From Chiloscyllium plagiosum (lineage: Eukaryota), in assembly GCF_004010195.1 (NCBI RefSeq), contig NC_057751.1:7248133-7296675 (forward strand): 48,543 bases of DNA, written 5' to 3'. Numbering within the stretch: the stretch's first letter is position 1; each line of letters starts with the position of its first letter. Shown in pieces: positions 1 to 12,984 of this stretch. Under the pieces are notes generated by a model. It did not search any database and was not told where the DNA came from. It worked only from the letters and a program-made list of their open reading frames with translations. A program made the translations under genes and the position numbers.

Positions 1-150
1 AATCCAGAGGCTACTTGGACATGAGTTTTAATCCCACCATGGAAGATTTGGAGTTTAATTCATAAACAATACTAAAATTGGAAACAGAAGCTCAGATCTG
101 TGTTGCCAAATCAAAAATGACTAGATTGCTGTTCATCTCTAACTGGGAGT
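1..150 (+). mobile_element. Ancient shark tRNA-derived SINE, 5' part (truncated by window edge)
   Basis: AATCCAGAGG...AATCCCACCATGG..GATTTGGAGTTTAATTC resembles the heads of the copies at 5915, 21400 and 24990. Confidence 0.55.
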
Positions 151-365
151 TTTTTGTTTCTAGAATTTATTGGAACCTTGGTCCAAACATGGACCTGAAG
201 TGATGAATTCCAGAGTTAGGATGAGAGAGAGATTGCTCTTGGCAGCAAGGTAGCTTTTGACTGAATATGGCTGGGCACCTCTTTAGCAAGTGTTACGAAC
301 TGCAGTTCCCTTCATGTTTAAGACAGCTGGAGTCTAAGGTTTGACGTTTTTAAAACAAGGTTTAA

Positions 366-482
<117 letters not shown>

Positions 483-2159
483 TAACATTACTGGAACTGT
501 GTGAAGTTGGCGTGCTGCTGTGTAAGCTTCGACTCCAGTCTGTACAACATAACCATGCAGAATGAATAATGGACAAGTAATGTGAGAATTTTTGATGTAT
601 ACAAAGAAAGGGTTTGGACACTACTTAACAAAACAAACTTGCTCTGTCCACCCCCTTCAGGATTTGTGGATATTGAATCGTACATTTTAATTTCAGTAGT
701 TGGGGGAGAATTTTAGGCCAATGTCTGGCTCTGCTTTCAACCCTGCTATTTGCAAAGGATGTTATCTGCACTTGTTCAATGAAGGAAGTTATGGAATTTC
801 ATGTGTGTTAAACCCCCCCACCCAGCACCCTCTCCAGCAACACACTCACAGGGGGCATCCATAGTTTACTGTTGGGAAGGTCTTAAGCTGGTCGAGGAGT
901 GTAAGCAGGAAACGGAAAACTACCGAAACGAGACTTCTGTGTCCTTGGGCATTCTTGCCAAGAGTCAAGCCTCTGCTAAATGTTTGCGATTCCTTTCTCT
1001 GCTGACTTAACAGCACTGCAAATGTTAATTGCTATGAGCAGGGAATTGTTAACCCATTAAACACAGGAATGAGCACTTTACTTGCAGTGGTTGGGGAGGG
1101 AAGAAGATGGCTGTCTGTGGCTATTTGACGATAGTCACCGATTTACTCTCGCACTGAATAAAATTATTGAAGGATTATTTAATAATTGGTAATCATTCTT
1201 CCTATCACTGTAAATAACCGTTTGACTTCCTGGCAAAAATAATAATGTTGAATTTTTCCCATCTTCTCACCATCCCCAATTTTTATCCAAGTTGTTGCAG
1301 GAAATTATTCCTTATTGTGTCATAACTATTCTTCACAAGGAAGAGCAAACCATTTTGTTTCCAATTGGGAAATTTTAAATTTGAACTAACCTATTCCCCT
1401 CAAACCAGGCTGCTTTTGATTATGGTTGGAGGTTAATTCGTCACTGTAAATTCAGAACTTGGTTTCAAAACCTGTGTTTGGTGAAAAGACTAATTGCAGC
1501 AAAATGCTTGCTGGAGATGAGTTCTGGAGTTGGAGAGCTTTGGTTTGAGCTGGTTGCTGTGCTGAACGTGTTTGTAAAGCAGTATTGCACTGACATCTCA
1601 TGGACTTGGACTTAAAACTGCAACATTTGTAATGTGGTCTTATCTCTCCTTCACTGTTGCCCTTGATCAGCTGGTTGCTTCAGGGAACTTCGGATCAAAA
1701 GAACAGGAGTAAGCCATTCAACCCCTAAGCCTGTTCCATTGGTGGAGAAGGGATTCAACATATAACAGCACAATGTGGACAAAACAAAGCTCTGTAAGAA
1801 AGAGATGCTGGGCTGGGGGCAGTGGGGGAGGAATGTGACAAATATTTTTGCTTCGTCATTGAATCCTTCTGACCAGTAACTCACTGCCTTCAAGTAATGA
1901 CTGAAGGGTAGAAATGGGGATGATAGAACTATGCCAATAGAAATTCGTTGAGCATGTGAGGGCAAGAAATTGGGAGGGTTACTGCATTGGAACAGGGAAA
2001 TATGACTGACTGGATTTCTGGTAAGACATGGAACCTTCGGCTGAATGCTCTCCTTTGTGTTGCAGTGACTATGACTCCACGACTTCCATGATGCTGGGAA
2101 GGCTGAGTTATCAAACTTTCCATACAAGATGATGGGCCTTGTTTAAAATATTTAGTACA

Positions 2160-3630
2160 AAGACAAAAGCAAATTACTGCAAATGCTGCAGATAGTTATA
2201 CAGCATGTAAATAGACCCTTCCGTCCAACCAGTTCATGCCAACCATAATCTGAAACTAAACTAGTCCCACCTGCTTGTGCTTGGCCCGTTCCATCCAAAC
2301 CTATCCTATTCATGTACTTAGGCTAATGTGTAAAACATTTTAACTGTACCTGCATCCATCACTTTCTCTGACAGTTCATTCCATATACAAACCACTCTTT
2401 GGAAGACTTGCCTCTTCTTAAATCTTTCTCCTCTCAACTTAAAAATATGCCCCAATCTTGAAATCCCCCACCCAAGGGAAAAGACATCTGCCATTCACCT
2501 TATTTATACCCTTCATGATTTAGTAAACCTCTATAAGGTCACCCCTCCACCTCCTACATTGCATTGAAGAAAGTCTGTGTATCCAGCCTCTCTTTATAAC
2601 TTAAACTCTTCATTCCCAGCAACATCTTGGTAAATCTCTTCTGAACCCTTTCCAGTTGAATAATAAATAATAAATCTTGATAAAAAGATCTGAAATAGAA
2701 TAGGCAAGATGAGCTACCATATTGAGAAAGAATCAGTCAACTTTGGGAGTCAGTCTTCTGTGCGAAAAAGCAAATGTTAGATATATGACAGCCTTGAAGC
2801 TTATGCAGAGGTAGGATAAACCTGGGGGTGAGGGTGATCGGCAGAGAGCTTAGCAGAAGTTGAAGTTGTAGTAGAAAGCAAGGAGATGAGATAATACAAA
2901 GTTCATGAGATGTATGTGAAATATGTCTGGCACTAAGACACAATAAATAAAACATGGGTATTGAGTAGCAACAATACCATCATTCCCACAAGTTAATGTC
3001 ATGAAAATTGGGAGCAAGAGTTTAAACCTCAATTGTTCAATATGGCAGTGAAGTCCTAAAGCCGTGAGCTGAAGTTGAACTTGACCTGAACCACATAGAT
3101 GGGACCAGGCCCATGTTGGGTGACCACTCCACAGAACGCTTGTGTTCAATCTGCAAGCGTGACCCCAAGCTTGTGGTTACGTGTCCATTGATTCTCCAAG
3201 CCACTCAGCACTTTTTCCTTGGCCATTGGCACAGTTCTCTGAAGATCAATGTGAGCTTGAGGATAACTTGCCATCTTCTAATTAGGCAGGCTTCTAAACT
3301 CATTTAAGTCATCAATTTCAGACCATAACCTCTGTCTCCCAGGTTTCTGGTTTCAGGGTATTCATGACAATTTGATTTCTGTTGATTGTCTTTTATTTCT
3401 GCAGTTATCCCAATGCTGTCTCCATTTTATCTTGCCTGTCGACTGTCCTATTCTAGTTCTTCCCCTTTGTTCTTTACTTCTCCATCTACCCTTGTTGCGC
3501 TTCTGCCATTGCTTCAAACCAATTACTTCTCCAATGTTTATCATTTCTGATGACAGATCCTTGTGCTGAAATCTCTCACTGTTTGTCTCCAACAGCAATG
3601 TTGAGTTTTTCCAGCATTTTTTCCTTTCAC
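2160..3630. mobile_element. Old Penelope-like element with inverted termini, interrupted by a CR1
   Basis: Left end AAAAGCAAATTACTGCAAATGCTG; right end CTGATGACAG...CTGAAATC...GAGTTTTTCCAGCATTTTT. The interior holds decayed, mutually inverted copies of the PLE 3' region (~3000-3110 minus, ~3180-3360 plus). Confidence 0.55.
2192..2660 (-). mobile_element. CR1 (HER1-like) LINE 3' fragment
   Basis: Reverse complement of the CR1 ORF2 C-terminus and 3' UTR (TACAGCATGTAAATAGACCCTTCCGTCCAAC), same tail as the copies ending near 11900 and starting at 46800. Confidence 0.85.
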
Positions 3631-4656
3631 TATAAAGGATGTCATGGTCCAAGTGTTTTCTTGTTCATGTTAAGGCCTCATATTTCATTACTGCGATAGA
3701 ACATATTGTGGCACTGTCCAAGGATCATATAATAAAGTGTTTGGAATGTGGGTTTTAAACGAGAATATTAATTAGTCCTGCCTGATGCGTGCAATACAGG
3801 AAAGAGTCACAAGCTACTTGGCTCATCCATTGAAGTTTGACCCAAAGGCAATATTGACACTATATAGAAGCCCCATGATTCTCTTGCGGCATTTGTATTG
3901 CCCTTCTGCTTCCTATGATAAATGGTGGGTGTATTTATTTGAATGAAAGCTTGCCTTTTAAGGAAAACTTGGGTTGTTACTGGGAGTCTCCCATGTCAAT
4001 TGCCACTGCTCGGTTGACCATTTGTTATCAGAGGCCACCAGTGGCCTCAGCTGCCCTTTGGAAAGTTTGCTTATAACAAGGTCACCATCTCTCCGTCAAC
4101 CATATACTGCAGTACTGTGGCTGAGCAGCAGGCTGTAATCACAAATTGTTGCAAGATGGGAGCAGCAGACAATGAGATGGTGTAATCGCAGTCATGGTGT
4201 CTGTTGACCACGTTTTCCACCAATCTTATTATAAAGCTGAAGATTAGGTATTGAACAAATCTTGGCAGATAGCCACTTCACTTGAGTCAGTGTGATGGTG
4301 CTGATTGAGTTCTTAAATTTTTGATTTTGCTCCCACCTCAAAATAATTATATAAAGGGTGATTGCATTTCCTTCCAGCTCTTGATTCAGGGGCGACTGGA
4401 AGCAATACGGTGTTGTTCTGAATCATGACCCTCTTTCGTTCAGCTCTCAACTTCAATCTTTGATTTGTTTCCTTGTCTTACACCTCCGTTTATACTGGCT
4501 TATGAGAGCCTGCTGGGTTGAGAGAAAAAGTGAGGTGTCCACACAAAAGTGAGGTGTTCATTGTGATGCAGAGAAACGATTGTCAAATCTGCAAAGCTGA
4601 TCTCGGCTGGTGTTTCAGGGAGGTAACCTGCTAAGACTCCACCAGTCCTTAGGGTT

Positions 4657-4976
4657 TGATTAGATTAGATTCCCTACAGTGTGGAAACAGGCCCTTCGGC
4701 CCAACCAGTCCACACCGACCCTCCAAGGAGTAACCCACCCAGACCCATTTCCTCTTGACTAATGCACCTAACACTGTGGGCAATTTAGCATGGCCAATTC
4801 ACCTGACCTGCACATCTTTGGACAGTGGGAGGAAACCGGAGCACCCGGAGGAAACCCATGCAGACACACGGAGAATGTGCAAACTCCATACAGACAGTCA
4901 CCCGAGGCTGGGATCAAACCTGGGACCCTGGTGCTGTGAGGCTGCAGTGCTAACCACTGAGCCACTGTGCCGTCCC
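4657..4976 (-). mobile_element. HE1-type tRNA SINE, full length
   Basis: Minus strand shows box A TGGCTCAGTGG, box B-like GGTTTGATCCC, a conserved central domain, a CR1-like tail (GGGCCGAAGGGCCTGTTTCC) and a (AATCT)n end. Confidence 0.93.
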
Positions 4977-5055
4977 GGTTGATATGGGAAAATTCAGCAA
5001 AGGTTATAGTGGTCTACTCAACATGATCGCTATCATCACAACCTTGTGAGCATTG

Positions 5056-5213
5056 TTAAAAATCACACAACACCAGGTTATAGTCTATCACCTGATGAAG
5101 GAGCGTCGCTCCGAAAGCTAGTGTGCTTCTAATTAAACCTATTGGACTATAACCTGGTGTTGTGTGATTTTTAACTTTGTATACCCCAGTCCAACACCGG
5201 CATCTCCAAATTA
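5056..5213 (+). mobile_element. Miniature Penelope-derived element (pLTR plus inverted partial pLTR)
   Basis: Perfect 31-bp inverted repeat 5055-5085/5145-5175, a hammerhead core at 5089-5123, and flanks TGAGCATT/TGAACATT as a probable TSD. Confidence 0.8.
5089..5123 (+). ncRNA. Minimal type I hammerhead ribozyme motif (PLE type)
   Basis: CAC-CTGATGA-A-GGAGCG T CGCTCC-GAAA-GC-TA-GTG: complete catalytic core, GC-rich stem II, stem I CAC/GTG and palindromic AGCT stem III. Confidence 0.7.
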
Positions 5214-5914
5214 TGAACATTGGGTAGAGAACAGCTTTGGCTTTGTGGTTTCTGAAGAAACTGACGATACTTGTTACCAAAATTTGGTGAAGGAGAATGG
5301 GCTGTTTGGTTCGGCAGCGCAGGTGCACATTTGAGCATTAATTGTCTTTTGAGCATGAATTTAACAAAAGTCACACTGATAAACTTTTTTTTTATTTTCA
5401 AAAGTAAACTGCTTTAGTGAAGAATTCTGGTTCTTGTCATTTTGCCTCCCTCCAAGCATCTCAAAAATTGTCAGTACTGCAGTGCCTTTAATCTTGTTCA
5501 AAGAGTTGTGAAAAATCTGGGAATGAAATTGGCACCAGTAAGACTTACCTCACATGTATTTAAAATAATATAAATAAAAAAATAATAATGTGGCTTTTTG
5601 CTTTCCTTCAGTAGTGTTGTTGAAATTTTTCAAAACAGAATTTTCTTACAATTTTTTTTACTGTCCTGATCGAGGGCATTGAACAAGACTTTTTGAGAAT
5701 GGCCTGAGGGTTTGTGTGTGACTGAACCGCATGATGTTGGATTGGCCCCTGCACATCAGAAGCGCAGAGTTCAATTCCTTGTCTCCAGGCAGCTTGTTCT
5801 CCGATGGTTGCTGGTTTGCTCTTAAACTTGGGGAAATTCAGCTATGTGGCTGCAGTCCCAGGTTAATCAGGAAATTAATCATACAATTGTGAATACATTT
5901 AGGAATTTTGTCCT

Positions 5915-6310
5915 TGAGGTAGTGATGTTATGTTCATGTCACTGGGCGTGTAATCCAGGCTTGCAGTCTATGATCAAGGGACAAATTCCACTGCAACAGC
6001 TGGTGAAATTTAAAGTCATCTAATCCAAAAGTCTGCTATCTGAGCTCATCTCAATAATTGTGACCATGAAATAATCCTTGCCTGGTTTAAAATTCCACCT
6101 AATTGACTCATATCTTTCAGACAAGGAAATATGCAATGCTTATGATTCACATCAGTGTGGTTGCCTCGTAACAGATCTTTAAAATGGCCTAATGTGCAAG
6201 TCTGCTATATTAAGAAAAACAATTGGGTTGGGGGGGGTGACCTTATGGATAGCAAGTAAGGGATGTGCAACAAATGCGGTGCTTACCAGTGACACATGAA
6301 TGAATATAAA
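5915..6310 (+). mobile_element. Ancient shark tRNA-derived SINE, near full length, highly diverged
   Basis: Head ATGTCACTGGGCGTGTAATCCAG, core AAGGAAAT...AAATGGCCTA, tail AGGGATGTGCAACAAATGC...ATGAATGAAT; paralogous to 20480, 21400 and 24990. Confidence 0.7.
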
Positions 6311-6336
6311 ATAGAAGCTGTTGTTTTGCCCTTCAG

Positions 6337-6381
6337 TGACATCATGACTGATGTGGAACCTAATTCTTGTGTGTTGGGCAG
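6337..6381 (+). other. Candidate 45-nt exon
   Basis: Acceptor TTGTTTTGCCCTTCAG and donor CAG|GTAAAG; one frame is open (DIMTDVEPNSCVLG). Based on splice signals only. Confidence 0.25.
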
Positions 6382-6769
6382 GTAAAGTTAGTCTTCTCTC
6401 GGCCTTCTGAAGAATTTGATTTTCTGATAGACTCTGTCATGACTTGAATGAGAGAGATTCATGGGGATGAGTTGTTCCAGTATGTGCCTCCCAGGCCACA
6501 CACCACTGACAGGACAGTAACTGTGAGAGTTAGCAGTGGGAGAGCTCTGTGCCAAATCAAGTTGACGGATATGCTGAATCAGATGAGTTTGCAAGATTGG
6601 CATCGTGTCGGTCATGTTAACCTCATTGCTACTGCTACAATGCCAAAATTCAATATGACGTGTGAGAGAGTCAGAAACCTGGAAATTACTGGCTAGTCAA
6701 CATCAAAAATCTCATGGGGAAGATAATAGAAGCTCTTGTTAGAAGTTATAACAGACACTTAAATTTTGA

Positions 6770-7385
6770 GGTCAAACCAGGAGGTCACTTGTTTGGTCCA
6801 GCTCACCAACTTTACCATTTAATACAATAACAGCTGATCAACAGTTCAATGCTATTTCCCAGCATTACTGTAAAAACCCTTTAGACCATGATAATTAAAA
6901 AATTATCAGTCTCTATTGTCTGAAACTCCAAGTCTGAGCCTCTACCCTTTCTGTGGGATGGACAATTGCGGAGATTCACCATCCTCTGACAAAAAAAATT
7001 TCCTTGATTTTGATTAAAGGGTGTTTCCCTTATCTTTTTGTGTCCCTTGTTGCCAGACTCTCCAAAAATGGAAACATTTTTCTTGGATCTATACTATCCA
7101 TCCCTTGAAGTATTTATAGGTTTCGATGAGATAACCTCTTTGAAAATCTAGAGAATACAGGCATACATTCCCAAATTTCTCTACAGAGGACTGTCTTGCT
7201 TCCTCGTGGAAGTCTGGTGTATTTTCCTTGCATCATCTCTGTGGCAATGATATCTTTCCTGAGGTAAAGAAACCAAACCTGCACACCGTCAACCAGGTAC
7301 AGACCAACCAAACTCCTTTACAATTGAAGCATGATATTGCGATTCCTGTACTGAAATCCTCTTCTGACAAAGTCTAACATTCTAT
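6770..7385 (-). mobile_element. Old CR1 LINE 3' fragment
   Basis: Minus ORF 7114-7311 VQVWFLYLRKDIIATEMMQGKYTRL matches the CR1 motif VQFWSPYLRKDI..LE.VQRRFTRL. Confidence 0.8.
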
Positions 7386-7589
7386 TACCTCGCCGTTAAT
7401 GGGCAGTTTGATTAAAAATGAATTGACTGAAGACAAAAGAGGCTTGCATGCAAAATTATGGGGATTCTGCTTCAGATTTTCAGGGCATTGATGAGAAGAG
7501 GAAAGGATGGACAGATTACATTTGTATCTGCTGGAGTTGACAAGAGTCAGATGTGAATTGACAGAAAAAAACTTGAGATCCTGCACGTC

Positions 7590-7880
7590 TTAACAAGCTG
7601 TATGTGGAAAAGCAGCTTCCCCTTGAGAGAGAATCTAGAACAAGGGGTCATCCATTTGAGACAGCTGAGAAATGATTTTCTTAAAAGGTCTTCATAACTC
7701 ATTGTGCAGTAACACACTCTTCAACCATTTTTAAGACAAATAGATTGTTAATGATCAAGGGGGTGAAATGTACTCCAGATAGGTGGCAATGTGCGGTTAT
7801 CAAATCAGCCATGATCTTACAGAATGGGACAAGAGGCTTTCTGAGCTGAGTGGCCTCCTCCTGCTCTGTGTATTTACGTA
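7590..7880 (+). mobile_element. Old CR1 3' end
   Basis: GAATCTAGAACAAGGGGTCAT (ESRTRGH) and 3' UTR ATCAGCCATGATCTT...GAGTGGCCTCCTCCTGCTC. Confidence 0.75.
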
Positions 7881-8329
7881 CTTAAGAAATCAATTTAACA
7901 AGTCTCACCATGGAATCACAATACCTAATTTACTTTGAACTTTTTGTGAATTTAAATGCTGAAATACTCGACTGTGTACTTGACTCCATCGAGAAATCTA
8001 AATAAGTTTTCCACACCGATAATGGGGAAGGTACATTGATATTTTCAGCAGAGCAAACGAGCTGGAATCAAGGCATAATTTTGTCAGCCTGAGCCATTTG
8101 TACCAAATTTAACACCTTTTGCTACCTCAGTGCCCTAAAAGACAGGCCATGTGAAGGTTGGCTTTGGCTCAGTTAAGAGATATGCTAATGTGAGAAAATC
8201 TGGAGAAAGTCGATGTGAAACTCTTGTTCTGATCTGTTAGAAAATGTTTTTTCTCACATCTGTTGTGTCACCAATTCTTCAGAAGGTGAATTGCACAATG
8301 AACGTGACAAGTTCATAATGTGTACTAAC

Positions 8330-8690
8330 CCAGCTGTAGCTCAATTGCACCCTTTTGAGTCAGCAGCTTTTGGGTTCAAGTTGTACTTGAGTGATAGAGT
8401 GCTTAACTGCTCATGACGACAGTGTAGTGCTGAGGATATGCAACATTGTTAAAGGAAGTGTCTTATGGTTGGAAGTAAAACATATTATTTCAAAGAGCAA
8501 GAATGTTCTCTGCAATGCTTCTTCCACAACTATCATTGTGAAAAGAGATTGTCTGGTCATTCTTAAGTAGCTACTGTGTGGGTTTACAGTAAATCAATCC
8601 AATTATAATGATGTCCACTTGCATTTAAGTATGAAATGCTTTAGTAGATCCTCAGGATCTGGGAAGAGTGATCTAAATGTGTGCTCTTCA
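8330..8690 (+). mobile_element. Deu-domain SINE (SacSINE1-like), diverged
   Basis: TGGGTTCAAGT head, CAGTGTAGTGCTGAGG, GATTGTCTGGTCATT and an L2-like tail; paralogous to 28250 and 46370. Confidence 0.6.
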
Positions 8691-10256
8691 TATATTATTT
8701 CAATCACAAATTAATTTGGAGAGAGGCTGGCAAATGCAAACGGTGACAGTCAGAAAGTAGAGTTGATGCAATGTCAAATTCTGGTGTTGTCTTGTAGGAA
8801 GGAGGTAGGACATCCAGTAAAGTGAGAGACTTGCCCACAGTTTTGGAATTCTTGGCAAGACCCAATCTGGAAAGGAGGCATTGAGGTGTGTTTGATTGAG
8901 GGACAACAAGGCTGTATTTGCAGTTTGCGAGGAACAGCAAAGATTGGAGGAACCAAGAGCAGAATTCAAAGAAGGGTGCTGGTCACTAAGTTGAAGAAAT
9001 AGATGCATCGACTGACTTCTAAACGAGTCAATGGAATCTCGTTCTCTCAACTGAATGCAGAAATAGCTACAAATTTGGCAAGGTCAATTTCTTCAGCTCC
9101 GACAAATGGGGAAAAAATACTGGTAATAATAGTAAGATAGCCTTTACTGTGTTGAGCAGGTGAGTTTCCTTGTCTTTTCGCCTGCATATTAAGGTGCACA
9201 GTGTTCATTACTGCAGTGTGGTAGAAGTGGCTACACAAGTGTGGCTCAGTCCTAATCTCCGTTCACTTAAATCATGGTGTCAGTGTCAATTTAGTTCAGT
9301 TTCTAATGTCAAACTTCTTGCTGAATCTGTAAGTTCAGAGATTGAAGATTTTTTTAGTTGTGGCACATTATTAGTTCTCTTGCCTTCATGGTTTGTTTTG
9401 GGACTTGAGGGCAAAAAACCACCGTGAAATAAGAAGGGATTCTGCACTTGTGGGAATTTGAGGGCCAACCTACCTTCCAAAATTGGTATAACATTTTTTT
9501 GGGACTAAAACAACTGGGAAATTACACCCAATTTGCTTGCTGATATTTAACCATCTTTCAGTGCCAAAATAAATAACTATTTTTGTTGTGTTGCGGTTTT
9601 CGATGGGAGCCAGCTATGTGTAATTGGTTCCTATGTTTGCTGCATTGCAACGACGACAGCACTTCAAAAATACATGTGAAATATGTAAACGATTGATCAC
9701 TACCACCTCCTTGAGGGCAATTAGGAATGATGATGCTGACTGAATTTGAAATAATACATTGTTTATCCAGAATTTTCTTTTGAAGTTCACTTGATTACAA
9801 CCATCAAACATCAATCTGGGAGCGTAATAGTTTTGACACTTCATTCTGTTCCTCTGGAAATGTTTGAAATTCAAGCTGCTGACAATTGATATCATTTCAG
9901 TTTTTCTCGTTATAGAGCTGTTTGTTTATTCTGTACCAGTCTTTCCAGTTTTCTTCATCTGGAGTACTGTGCCTAAGGTACCAGATTCACTATATTATCT
10001 GACTGGTCAGTCTCCATTTGTTTCATGACATTCTTCGTTTCCTCCTTTCAACAACTCTTGCACTTCTAAATACTGGATGAGTGCAGGGATGTGGCAGGAC
10101 CCTGTCTGTTTGTTCTTGTTGTTCGGCCCAGCTCCCCACTTTACTTTATTTCCAAAGCCACTGTCCCAAAAGCCTGGAAATGCACATGAGCAGTGAAGTC
10201 ACATTGTGAAATCAATCAACATAAACGATCATACGCCAATATTACCCCTTGAACAG

Positions 10257-10820
10257 GGTTATGTTGTTCTTGTTTTTTTTCAAGAGGGGTCGTAAAGGCA
10301 GAGGTGTCGATATATCAGGAAGGGGGTACTTTAAACAATGGCAAGGGAGTGGCCAGTTTTCCCAGTTCAGGTATTATTCTAGTTTGATTTGCTTTAACAG
10401 ACAGTCATAGCCTGCTGGTTGCAGGGAAGCTACTACCGTGAAACAAGGTTCCATGCTTCAACAGAGGTTTCTTGCCTACTCGTGTCTCTGAAATCTCTCC
10501 TGCCTATAAGAACCTGAATTGGCATTAGCTAAGGGGTGCATTTATGGAACATTCCCGGTATTGGAACAGTTCTTTCGTTAAGTAATGATTTTGAGTCGGT
10601 TGGCTTTCCAAATAATTGAGTTATTCTGAATTTTGTTTTCCTTTGTTCGTGTTTCAACCGTAGTGTGTAAATAAATTCTGGTTTGCTTAAAGCGGAATAG
10701 TTTGACCAGCTGCATTACTTCTGGAATATCCACATTGCATTTGCCTTTAAAATAAGAAAAAGTTAGGGTCTGGGCTACCTCCTTGAAGTGTTTTGAGGGG
10801 GTCTGGCCTGATCCATAACA
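10257..10820 (+). mobile_element. Probable solo LTR (~560 bp)
   Basis: Ends (G)GTTATG...CATAACA form an inverted pair, with internal AATAAA near 10670. No clean TSD. Confidence 0.55.
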
Positions 10821-10874
10821 ATCCAGAACAACAACATTACAAACAGGAAAAACTATCAGAAGATAATGGGCAAC

Positions 10875-11903
10875 AAACGATTGAGTTTTTTGAAGAAGTA
10901 ACAAAGAAGATTAATGAGGGCAGAGCAGTAGATATGATCTATATGGACTTCAGTAAGGCATTCGACAAGGTTCCCCATGAGACACTGATTAGCAAGGTTA
11001 GATCTCATGGAATATAGGGAGAACTAGCCATTTGGATACAGAACTGGCTCAAAGGGTGGTGGTGGAGGTTGTTTTTCAGACTGGAGGCCTGTGACCAGTG
11101 GAGTGCTACAAGGATCGGTGCTGGGTCCTCTACTTTTTGTCATTTACATAAATGATTTGGATGCGAGCATAAGAGGTACAGTTAGTAAGTTTGCAGATGA
11201 CACCAAAATTGGAGGTGNNNNNNNNNNNNNNNNNNNNNNNNNNNNNNNNNNNNNNNNNNNNNNNNNNNNNNNNNNNNNNNNNNNNNNNNNNNNNNNNNNN
11301 NNNNNNNNNNNNNNNNNNNNNNNNNNNNNNNNNNNNNNNNNNNNNNNNNNNNNNNNNNNNNNNNNNNNNNNNNNNNNNNNNNNNNNNNNNNNNNNNNNNN
11401 NNNNNNNNNNNNNNNNNNNNNNNNNNNNNNNNNNNNNNNNNNNNNNNNNNNNNNNNNNNNNNNNNNNNNNNNNNNNNNNNNNNNNNNNNNNNNNNNNNNN
11501 NNNNNNNNNNNNNNNNNNNNNNNNNNNNNNNNNNNNNNNNNNNNNNNNNNNNNNNNNNNNNNNNNNNNNNNNNNNNNNNNNNNNNNNNNNNNNNNNNNNN
11601 NNNNNNNNNNNTCAGAACTAGAGGTCATGGGTTTAGGGTGAGAGGGAAATGATATAAAAGGGACCTAAGGGGCAACTTTTTCATGCAGAGGGTGGTACGT
11701 GTATGAAATGAGCTGCCAGAGGGTGTGGTGGAGGCTGGTACAATTGCAACATTTAAGAGGCATTTGGATGGGTATATGAATAGGAAGGGTTTGGAGGGAT
11801 ATGGGCCGGGTGCTGGCAGGTGGGACTAGATTAGGTTGGGATATGTGCGTGGCATGGGTGGGTTGGACCGAAGGGTCTATTTCCATGCTGTACATCTCTC
11901 TGA
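10875..11903 (+). mobile_element. Relatively young CR1 LINE, RT domain to 3' end, spanning the assembly gap
   Basis: [45 protein letters not shown] and the canonical 3' UTR. Confidence 0.95.
11218..11611. other. Assembly gap (394 N)
   Basis: Run of N. Confidence 1.
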
Positions 11904-12074
11904 CAGCAAAGTTGAACAAGAACATAGCAGGAGTAAGCGTGTGATAGCCATACAGATTCAGCGATCAAACAAATATGTGAAGATAATGAGAGTGACTCAC
12001 TCTTTCGGAGCACATGCTGGAAATAGAAGCATAGATCAACAGAAAAGTCATGGGAAGTGAGATACAAAGTGTGT

Positions 12075-12387
12075 GCGGCACGGTGGCACAGTGGTTAGCA
12101 CTGCTGCCTCACAGCGCCTGAGACCCAGGTTCAATTCCCGCCTCAGGCGACTGACTGTGGAGTTTGCGCATTCTCCCCGTGTCTGTGTGGTTTTCCTCCG
12201 GGTGCTCCAGTTTCCTCCCACAGTCCAAAGATGTGCAGGTCAGGTGAATTGGCCATGCTAAATTGCCTGTAGTGTTAGGTAAGGGGTAAATGTAGGGGTA
12301 TGGGTGGGTTGCGCTTCGGCGGGTCGGTGTGGACTTATTGGGCCGAAGGACCTGTTTCCACACTGTAATGTAATCTTCTAATCTTCT
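12075..12387 (+). mobile_element. HE1-type SINE, full length, young
   Basis: GCGGCACGGTGGCACAGTGG (box A), GGTTCAATTCC (box B), CR1-like tail and TAATCTTC repeats. Confidence 0.95.
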
Positions 12388-12984
12388 CATAAAAAATGGG
12401 CTCAGATCATGAGAGTGCGAGTCATGGTAACAAGCAGAAGCTGAAAATGTCAACTGCACAAGAAACACATTTTGTTTTCCTCTTTGGTCAGCAAGTGGCT
12501 AATTCTTGCTGATCAACCACATTAAAATTCCAGATTACTTTCCAGATCATGTTGATTATTCTTGATGACAGGCATGTGAACACTTTCCTCTTGGCATTCC
12601 AGTGTTTTTGAAATCTGTACAGATTCTCGTTCCTCATGACATGTTGGTGATCTCGAGATGCTCTCCAGGTTTAAAAAGGTGCAAGTTCTGAAGCATGCTT
12701 CTATCCCTGCGGTCTGGTCATGATGAACAAAAGGTCATATTCAAACTGCCTTTCAATAGACCTCAGCAAGGGATAGAGGCAGATTGGAAAAGGCCTGAAG
12801 CAAAGGAGCTACTTACACAAAATCTTTTATCAGCAATGAATAAAAGCCCTATGTGCAGACACAAAAAAACACAAATATTCAAGTTTTCATGATATATTTA
12901 GTACAATAAGCTTCTACTTGACAGAAACAAAGTATGCTTTTATCTCTCCTATTCCTTTTGAGTTTGGTACAACAGTTTATGATA

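Noticed and set aside
1651..2127. 158-aa minus-strand ORF
   Set aside because: No recognisable domain, it overlaps a CR1 tail scrap near 1697-1740, and its composition is typical of chance ORFs.
5540..5560. Strong minus-strand donor GAG|GTAAGT
   Set aside because: The adjacent would-be exon is AT-rich low-complexity sequence with no credible acceptor.
9061..9122. Possible exon in frame with 6337-6381 (NSYKFGKVNFFSSDKWGKNT)
   Set aside because: Weak acceptor (CTGAATGCAG) and donor (GTAATA), and the joined peptide matches nothing I recognise. The MTDVE similarity to PKI proteins does not extend.
11091..11652. Long ORFs of 148-176 aa
   Set aside because: Artefacts of translating through the N gap inside a CR1.
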